Source of the DNA: an uncultured Acidimicrobiaceae bacterium
GTDB taxonomy: Bacteria; Actinomycetota; Acidimicrobiia; Acidimicrobiales; Bog-793
Reading direction: 5' to 3'
Assembly: GCA_963804765.1 (NCBI GenBank)
Contig: CAWDRQ010000030.1
Location: 155,705 to 219,704 of the forward strand
Length of the DNA stretch: 64,000 nucleotides
The notes under the pieces are model-generated. The model was given only the letters and a program-made list of their open reading frames with translations. It did not search any database and was not told where the DNA came from. This document shows, in pieces, positions 18,128-24,151 of this stretch (position 1 is its first letter; each line of letters begins with the position of its first letter). Position numbers and translations under genes: made by a program.

Positions 18128-18453
18128 GACGCCACTGTAGGCAGCGGGTGCCGCCGGCACGTCGGGCGACGGAATGAACGCGCCCCATCGCGAAGGGTGT
18201 GCCTGCCGTTCATCAGGCAGTCAAGAGAATTCATCGAAGCCCTCGCCACATCTGAACGACGCACATCAGAACGCGGCCCCGGCTCGGTGGGACCGCCACG
18301 CCAGATCGGATCTCGAGCGCCTCCGCCGTCCGAAGCGGAGAGCCTCTCACGCGTGCGAGGACTCGCGCAGCCTGTCGCGCACTGGCGGCCGGGAGCACTC
18401 CCGCGCTTGCTCAACGGGACGTTGTCCGGGAACAGTCGACGGCACCGGGATCC

Positions 18454-18714
18454 TCAGTGCTCGTAGTGATACCTCGCCTGGAGGACCACGACGTCATCAC
18501 CGTCAATCAGGTACACGAGGCGGTGCTCCTCGTCGATCCGCCGCGACCAGCAGCCCTGCAGAACATGCTTCAACTGTTCGGGCTTGCCGATCCCTGACAG
18601 CGGATCGCGGAGTACCCCTTCAAGCAGGCGATTGATCCGCTTGGTCGTTGTCCGATCCGTCGCCTGCCAGTAGAAGTAGTCCTCCCAGCCGTGTGGCGTG
18701 AAGACGAGACGCAC
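18454..18714 (-). CDS. yoeB: YoeB/Txe-family mRNA interferase toxin
   Basis: 86 aa: MRLVFTPHGWEDYFYWQATDRTTTKRINRLLEGVLRDPLSGIGKPEQLKHVLQGCWSRRIDEEHRLVYLIDGDDVVVLQARYHY. This is a near-textbook YoeB sequence. Confidence 0.92.
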   Translation of the reverse strand: MRLVFTPHGWEDYFYWQATDRTTTKRINRLLEGVLRDPLSGIGKPEQLKHVLQGCWSRRIDEEHRLVYLIDGDDVVVLQARYHYEH

Positions 18715-18956
18715 TATGTGATCTCGTGCTCTTCACGCTGCCCATCGAGCGACTGTCGGAGGCTCTCGAGCAGGCGACGGGCGTTGGCCGGAACACGGAG
18801 CAGGTAGGCCGTCTCCTGAAGCGCGTCGTAGTCCACTCGAGACATGAGGACGGCATCGCCCCGCTTCGAAGTGATCTCGACCGGTTGGCGGTCGTCGTTC
18901 ACCTGCTCGATCAACGGGAAGAGGTGCTTCCTCGCCTCGCTCGCGGTAATCGCCAT
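18714..18956 (-). CDS. yefM: YefM/Phd-family antitoxin
   Basis: 80 aa from ATG 18956: MAITASEARKHLFPLIEQVNDDRQPVEITSKRGDAVLMSRVDYDALQETAYLLRVPANARRLLESL. Its stop shares a base with the yoeB start. Confidence 0.92.
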   Translation of the reverse strand: MAITASEARKHLFPLIEQVNDDRQPVEITSKRGDAVLMSRVDYDALQETAYLLRVPANARRLLESLRQSLDGQREEHEIT

Positions 18957-18973
18957 CGCCCTCTCCTCTCCGA

Positions 18974-18995
18974 CTGGTACATTATATGGTACCAG
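18974..18995 (-). promoter_or_regulatory. Putative yefM-yoeB promoter/operator palindrome
   Basis: Plus strand reads CTGGTAC-ATTATATG-GTACCAG. On the gene strand this places a perfect TATAAT hexamer between 7-bp inverted arms with GTAC cores. It lies 18-40 nt upstream of the yefM start. Confidence 0.55.
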
Positions 18996-19372
18996 TGTGC
19001 GTTGTCTCGCCCGACGCAGCTCAAGTGCCGGTCTCCGCACGTTGATACGGAATAAGGCATTTCTTCAGTAGGGACGCCCCGTTTGGCAAGGATGACCGCT
19101 TAGGTTGCCGCCTGGGTCCAGGCTCGACGCCTCTCCTGACCGATCCGGGAGGCGACGCGTGTCCAAGGCCGATCAACTTGCCAAGCCTGACGCCCTGAGA
19201 ACACAAGGGGTCTTCTCCGAGGCGGAACTTGCCGCTGAGCCAGCAAGACTGCTTGAGCCACCGGCACCGAGCAACCTTCCCGTCCCCGCGCCGTGGGCCC
19301 TGAGCCTCGTGGCCGCCGTCTGGTTCGTCCTCAGCGAAGTCGTCACTCAATGAACCAAGCAAGGGAACAGTC

Positions 19373-20470
19373 ATGAACACGCCATCAACACCACGAGGGG
19401 CGCAACTGCTGACGAAGGTGGGGGTCGCCGGCCTCTGCGCGGCGCTACTCCTCGGTCCCCTGAGCGTGGTCGCCGGGGCGACAGCCTCGCATCAGGTGAA
19501 GCGGATCACCATTGGCGAGTTCGCCCGCGGCAAGACCGCACTGACCGCGGCGTTGGCGAGGCAGGTGAATCAACTGGCGGCGACCATCGTGCGCGATGGC
19601 GTCACCCACGTGTTGCTCGAGGGCTACACCCCGTGGCACCTTGACAATCCGGTCATGGCGGGTCGGGCCAGTGCTCGAGCACATCACGTACTCGCCTACC
19701 TCGGGCGTCGCCTGCAGGCCCTCGGCGACGCGAAGGTGCATCTCACTGACGGGGGTGCCGTGAGCGGATTGTTCACCAACCACTCGAACGACCGCGTCGT
19801 CGTGGCCAGCTTCGCGGTGCCAGGGGTCAACTACCGGGTCACCTTCGACGCCAACGGCGGAACGGGCACGATGCCGGCCGAGTCCTCAAACGGGGCGGCC
19901 GTGCGCTCGACCGACACCTTCCTATGCACCGGCTACACGTTCGCGGGCTGGAACACCGCCGCCAAAGGCTCGGGCATGAGCTACGCCGACGCGGCGACCT
20001 ACCCCTTCAGCGCCAGCGCGACCCTCTACGCGCAGTGGACGGCGCTCGCGGTACCGACCCAGGTGCTGATCGGCACGACGACGACCTTCGCCAGCACCAC
20101 GTTCAGCGACGCGTTGGCCAGGAGCGCCTTCGCGAGCGCTCTCACCTACGCAACGACCGGATCCAACGCCGACCTGCTCGTGTCGTCGAACGGGGTCGTC
20201 ACCACGGCCAACGGGCCACTCGACGTCGGCACCTACGAGGTCAGCGGCACGGTGCGCGACGCGCTGGGGGGCACCGGGACCTGGAGTTACACGTTGGTCG
20301 TGGGCACGAGCGGGCTGCTGACACAGACCGGCGGAGTCATCACCCAGACCGGCGACGTCAGCGGGGTCACCACCGACGAGGCCTCCTCCTCGTTCACCGA
20401 CCAGCTTTCGGTGAGCGGGGCGGTCGGGGGTTCGTCTGATGGGTGCGCCGCGCTGGTCACCCGCTACTGA
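19373..20470 (+). CDS. Secreted protein with OmpA-like region and an InlB-B-type repeat
   Basis: 365 aa with an N-terminal signal/TM segment. The stretch GEFARGKTALT..L...V..LA..I....V..VLLEGYT...RASARAHHVLAYL resembles an OmpA_C fold. The stretch YRVTFDANGGTGTMPAESS...GYTFAGWNTAAKGSGMSYADAATYPFSASATLYAQW is the Listeria-Bacteroides (InlB B) repeat. Confidence 0.65.
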   Translation: MNTPSTPRGAQLLTKVGVAGLCAALLLGPLSVVAGATASHQVKRITIGEFARGKTALTAALARQVNQLAATIVRDGVTHVLLEGYTPWHLDNPVMAGRASARAHHVLAYLGRRLQALGDAKVHLTDGGAVSGLFTNHSNDRVVVASFAVPGVNYRVTFDANGGTGTMPAESSNGAAVRSTDTFLCTGYTFAGWNTAAKGSGMSYADAATYPFSASATLYAQWTALAVPTQVLIGTTTTFASTTFSDALARSAFASALTYATTGSNADLLVSSNGVVTTANGPLDVGTYEVSGTVRDALGGTGTWSYTLVVGTSGLLTQTGGVITQTGDVSGVTTDEASSSFTDQLSVSGAVGGSSDGCAALVTRY

Positions 20471-20486
20471 TCGCGATGAGTAACCC

Positions 20487-20852
20487 TCACGGTCCTTCGG
20501 GCCTTCGAACACGAACCAGATGGCCACGCACGACGACGATGCATCCTGTGAGGTCGCCGAGTTGCTCGTTGCTCAGAAAGCTCCGTACCGTGCTGGTTAC
20601 TGTTTCGACGTCCTGGTGCTCAGCACGGATGACGGCGATGCCAGGGTGGCTACCAGGCGGGTATCGACGGACATTGCCAAAGCCTCGATCGAGTGTGATG
20701 ACAAAGCGCTGCTCCCTCATCGCTGCGGCGAGGACATCGGGGTCGCCGGCGCCCGTAAGACCTTCGTCGATCACGGTGTCGACATCGTGGCCCCGGGAGG
20801 CGGCGGCAAGCCGCGCTGCCTCTGGGAGATTCTCGTCTAGCTTCAGCCTCAC
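20487..20852 (-). CDS. DUF5615-family PIN-like putative toxin
   Basis: 121 aa. It begins MRLKLDENLPEAARLAAASRGHDVDTVIDEGLTGAGDPDVLAAAMREQRFVITLDRGFG. The (L.DENlp......l...GhdV.....eGl.G..D..vl..a..e.r.liT.D.dF) pattern is typical. Confidence 0.8.
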   Translation of the reverse strand: MRLKLDENLPEAARLAAASRGHDVDTVIDEGLTGAGDPDVLAAAMREQRFVITLDRGFGNVRRYPPGSHPGIAVIRAEHQDVETVTSTVRSFLSNEQLGDLTGCIVVVRGHLVRVRRPEGP

Positions 20853-21109
20853 CCCGGCGACGGCTCGAGTGGGTGCAGCTCCTCACGGGCGAGAAAGGCC
20901 GCGTAGGAAAGGGCGGCGGCGACAGCACCTGGCGGAAGTGACGGGTACTCGACGCGGATCTGCTCCTCGGTCATTCCCGTGGCAAGGCAGTCAAGGATGA
21001 CGCTCACCGGGATGCGGGTGCCGCGAATCCGGGCCTGACCGTGCACGACCGCCGGGTCGGCGTCGATGAGGTCGAGGGGCTCGATTGCCATTGCTCCATG
21101 GTCCCACAT
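20849..21109 (-). CDS. DUF433-family antitoxin-like protein
   Basis: 86 aa; the start may be the second Met at 21091. It contains DPAVVHGQARIRGTRIPVSVILDCLATGMTEEQIRVEYPSLPPGAVAAALSYAA, the DUF433 signature. It overlaps the DUF5615 gene by 4 nt. Confidence 0.8.
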   Translation of the reverse strand: MWDHGAMAIEPLDLIDADPAVVHGQARIRGTRIPVSVILDCLATGMTEEQIRVEYPSLPPGAVAAALSYAAFLAREELHPLEPSPG

Positions 21110-21158
21110 CGGTCTGCCAATCGGTCATCCGATCCGCGGGCGAAAGCCTCGTCAAGTG

Positions 21159-21200
21159 GGTGGTGATGGCGAGCCGGCCTGTAGGCGGGGTTCTGTCCGC
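21159..21200 (-). repeat. Orphan copy of the 3'-terminal 42 nt of rnpB (att-type direct repeat, distal copy)
   Basis: ggtggtgatggcgagccggcctgtaggcggggttctgtccgc is identical over 42/42 bases to 33756-33797, in the same orientation. The flanking bases differ on both sides. Confidence 0.9.
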
Positions 21201-21242
21201 TGTGCTATTTGACCAGGACTCTTGTCTGCCGACAGGTGATTT

Positions 21243-21263
21243 GGGCCGCAAATGGGCCGCAAC
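21243..21263. promoter_or_regulatory. Phased GGGCCGCA direct-repeat pair (candidate arm-type integrase site)
   Basis: GGGCCGCAaatGGGCCGCAac, 43 bp inside the distal att copy. The partner pair GGGCCGCGgatGGGCCGCGtg is at 33653-33673. Confidence 0.5.
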
Positions 21264-21284
21264 ACCAGACGCGGGTCTGTGAAA

Positions 21285-21900
21285 TCAGCCTTCGATGGGC
21301 GCTCGCGCTGCTATATCGGAAGCACGCAAGCCTCGATCTACTGCTGCCCGAGTCCGGTCGTCAGTATCTGGCCACAGGTGGCCGTAGGTGTCGAGCGTCT
21401 CACTGGCTGTCGCGTGCCCGAGGCGGGCCTGAACGATCTTCACACTCTCGCCGCCGTCGATCAGTAGCGACGCGTAGTAGTGACGGAGAGCGTGAAAGCC
21501 AGTTCCATTAGGCGCGCCTGCCGCTTTCACTGCCGGACGCCAGACCTCGGAGAATCGCGTGCGGCGCAACGGCCCGCCCTGTGGATTGGTGAACAAGAGC
21601 CCGTCCGAGCCAAGCGGATAAGCCGCCATGTGAGCTGCGAGCTCACTGAGCACGACGTCGGGGAGCGGGATCGTGCGGACGCTCGCCGTCGTCTTCGGGG
21701 GGCACAGAATGATCCCGACGATCGCGCCAGATCGACGTTCTTGTGCACTTCACTGCTTCCGTTGCGATTCATGCGAGTTCCCCAGCCATTTCGTGAAGCA
21801 GCAGCATCAGGCAGTCTTGGCGAGCACCAGACCCCAATAACGCTGCCGCGCCGTGGCCGCGTCCACGATGCCCGCAGACCGCCCACCCTTGCGCGTTGAG
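21285..21900 (-). pseudogene. Tyrosine recombinase (phage-integrase family) remnant: catalytic half only, with frameshift(s)
   Basis: The C-terminal frame reads ...GIILCPPKTTASVRTIPLPDVVLSELAAHMAAYPLGSDGLLFTNPQGGPLRRTRFSEVWRPAVKAAGAPNGTGFHALRHYYASLLIDGGESVKIVQARLGHATASETLDTYGHLW (H.LRH...LGH...Y). The preceding EVHKNVDLARS lies in another frame. The N-terminal ~180 aa expected for such enzymes are not present. Confidence 0.7.
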
Positions 21901-22138
21901 GCACGCAATCGCCTCTTAAGTAGAAGGGCCTAACAGCAACAATCTCATCGCCAAAAACGCAATACGGGCCATTCGGAGAGCCTCTGCTTCACACCGCCTT
22001 CGCGGGTTCCGGGTCCGCTAAATCGGCCCGCCATTGTCGTCGCCTAGTGCCATCAGACTCGCTTCTAACTAACGATAAGACTGGTTTATCGTTGGTCACA
22101 AACGAGGAAAAGGGGAGGGCGCCGTGACGCTGCTCCAA
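21857..22138 (+). repeat. Integrase-leader module, copy a (about 282 bp)
   Basis: Roughly 75-80% identical by eye to 26641-26920. Weaker similarity extends back to 21764/26587. The module ends with a ribosome-binding site and the first five codons GTG ACG CTG CTC CAA of a plus-strand integrase. Confidence 0.8.
22071..22093 (+). promoter_or_regulatory. Conserved palindrome in the integrase leader
   Basis: Copy a is AACGATAA-gactggt-TTATCGTT. Copy b (26856-26876) is ACGATAAA-gctag-TTTATCGT. The arms are conserved while the centre differs. It lies about 30 nt upstream of the GTG start. Confidence 0.5.
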
Positions 22139-22294
22139 AGCACCAAGCAAGCCGTCGAACTGGCCGAGATCGCCTCCGATGCTCGGGACTACGTGGCCGC
22201 GAGCCGGGCCGAGAACACGACCTGTGTCTACCGCGCCGGCTGGGCGCAGTTCACCGCCTGGTGTGACGAGCACGGGGTGACGGCTCGGCCCTGA
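22124..22294 (+). pseudogene. Tyrosine recombinase, N-terminal 56-codon fragment
   Basis: VTLLQSTKQAVELAEIASDARDYVAASRAENTTCVYRAGWAQFTAWCDEHGVTARP*. The A..NT...Y...W..F..WC motif marks the SAM-like N-terminal domain of this integrase type. No catalytic domain follows. Confidence 0.6.
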
Positions 22295-22496
22295 GGAGCT
22301 GGCGCCGCTCTTCCAAGATTGGCAATGGCGGCCGAACGCTTGTCCGCGAACGTCGCCCCACGCTGACGTGAGCCTCCCCCGGTTTTCCGGAGGGGTTGGG
22401 AGGCGATATGGCAACGACGATGGGCAGACGGAAGGCGCGCCGCGGCGCCATCCCCAACGCCGCTCGAGTGCCGTCACCGGCGTCGACGGGGACGTG

Positions 22497-23261
22497 CTAG
22501 GTGCGGCTCGGCGTCGTGCCGGCGCGGCGGATGTCCTCCACCAGGGCGGCCAGGCGGTCATAATGCGAACCCTGCCAGTAGATCCGACTGCAGTCCGGGC
22601 ACGTCGAGAAGTCATTGTAGTCCCGCCGTGTCCGGGGCGGCAGGCGGTGTTCAACGTCCTGCTTCGCCACACGTTCGAGCACGCCGTTGCACTCGAGGCA
22701 TCGGCCGAACGGGGCGATGGCCCCGAACAGGTCGAACCGGCGCAGGATCTCGACGACCTGGCGACGGTAATTGGTCTCCCGCACTAGATGGCCGTGTGTG
22801 ACTTTGGCGTGCTTCAACAGGCCTCGATCCCTGGTGAGGAGGATCCGCTTCTCGTCCACCGAGATCGTCGCCAGTTCGTGGTCGGTGATGTCGTTTCGCC
22901 ACACTGAATCAAAGCCGAGGAGTCGTAGGATTCGGGCGAGCCGGCCGAGATGGACGTCGAGTACGAACCGCGGCTCGCGCAGCGGTCTCGGACGCAGCAG
23001 CACGAGCGACGACACGTCGAGCGCCTCGAACACCGGATACACGCTCACGCGGTCACCCTCACCCACCTGGTGGACGAAGTCCACGGACTCGCCGTTCACC
23101 AGGATCACCTCGATCTCGGTGTGTGGCACCCCGAACGACTCCGCCAGGTCCTTGACAGTGGTGCCGGCGGCCACCTCGAGCGTGATCGGCCGGCCACGCC
23201 GGTCCGGTGGCAGGAAGTCGTTCAACTCGGCATAGAAGCGGACTTCGACGCGGTGGCGCAT
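22497..23261 (-). CDS. Mut7-C RNase-domain protein with N-terminal ubiquitin-like (beta-grasp) domain
   Basis: 254 aa. The N-terminus MRHRVEVRFYAELNDFLPPDRRGRPITLEVAAGTTVKDLAESFGVPHTEIEVILVNGESVDF is the Mut7-C ubiquitin-type domain. It is followed by RFVLDVHLGRLARILRLLGFDS...ILLTRDRGLL (PIN-like Mut7-C). The C-terminal zinc ribbon is RCLECNG...CPDCSRIYWQGSHY. Confidence 0.85.
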   Translation of the reverse strand: MRHRVEVRFYAELNDFLPPDRRGRPITLEVAAGTTVKDLAESFGVPHTEIEVILVNGESVDFVHQVGEGDRVSVYPVFEALDVSSLVLLRPRPLREPRFVLDVHLGRLARILRLLGFDSVWRNDITDHELATISVDEKRILLTRDRGLLKHAKVTHGHLVRETNYRRQVVEILRRFDLFGAIAPFGRCLECNGVLERVAKQDVEHRLPPRTRRDYNDFSTCPDCSRIYWQGSHYDRLAALVEDIRRAGTTPSRT

Positions 23262-23452
23262 TTGCGTCGAGCGTAGGGGCCGTGGATGCCGGATTCCTGT
23301 GGGGTCCGCTCCAGCTCCCCGGCCAAACGCACGAGACTCTCGTCCAGACTGGCCGGCGATCTGCGCCGCGGCCTGCGCGAGTCACGGTCCGCTCGGCCTC
23401 GGCACCCCTGGTCGTCGAGTTGCAGGCCGACCTCGAACGGTGGCGTCTCTGC

Positions 23453-23530
23453 GGCGCGCCAGCCATAGTGGAACTGTTCACGGGCTACTGGCTCTGCCGC
23501 CCGTGCTGCGATCGCCTCGGGCGTGAGGCC
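23453..23530. repeat. Short diverged repeat (copy a) shared with the integrase downstream flank at 27340-27418
   Basis: Both copies start at GGCGCGCC and share about 65-75 nt at roughly 75% identity. On the minus strand several differences fall at third codon positions (EA(I/V)AA..AEPV(A/V)REQ(F/L)). Confidence 0.55.
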
Positions 23531-24151
23531 ATGAAGCTCAGCGGGGAATGGTCCGGCCTGCACTCCGCGGCGAGGCTGCCCACGCCTTTTCGCGCGCGGC
23601 GACCCCGCCCAGATCGCCATTCGTGCGGGCGTCTTTTGGATTAGCAAGCTCCACGGAGGAGCCAAAGAACCTCGGTTATGTCTTCGCCCGCGACCTCTCC
23701 GTTCCCGTGCCCGCTGTCATCGTCCAGCTGGCCTGCCCCAGTGATGGCCCTCCACGTCGCACACCTGACTAGGACGACGTCATCGACGACTGAGGGATAA
23801 CCATCACCGTGCCTCTGCAATGAGCATGGGCGGCAGTGCCGCACCCAGGTCGGTCCCGGCGCTGTGTCGCTCGCCACCCTACGGCATGCACGTGCGGTGC
23901 CCACCTCTTGCGCGTCAAGGTGCTGGCGACGCATGCTTGCGCGGTGGGCCCAAGGCCTAGCTGGAGGTAGCCGACGTGTTACCCAACGGTCATCCCTGTG
24001 ACGGGCCGTGGCCGGAACTGCCAGCTCGTCGCCGTCCCCCTGTCGTGGCGCTGCTGGTGGCCGCGCCGTCCCCCATTTGTGACACGGGTGCCAGTGCTTT
24101 AGGCCCTCATGACACCACGACCGTCATCGGCATCATCCCAGGAGGCGTGAG

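Noticed and set aside
21085-21282. ORFs 21085-21282 and 33715-34035 share the peptide MASRPVGGVLSA, which could be mistaken for a duplicated small protein.
   Set aside because: The shared peptide is simply the translation of the 42-bp rnpB 3'-end repeat. 33715-34035 lies antisense inside the RNase P RNA gene.
23222-23665. A 147-codon minus-strand ORF overlapping the Mut7-C start, considered as a possible partner (antitoxin-like) gene.
   Set aside because: The translation is dominated by Arg, Pro and Ala and has no fold-like pattern. Only the short segment shared with 27340-27418 looks conserved. It is treated as a decayed remnant rather than a gene.
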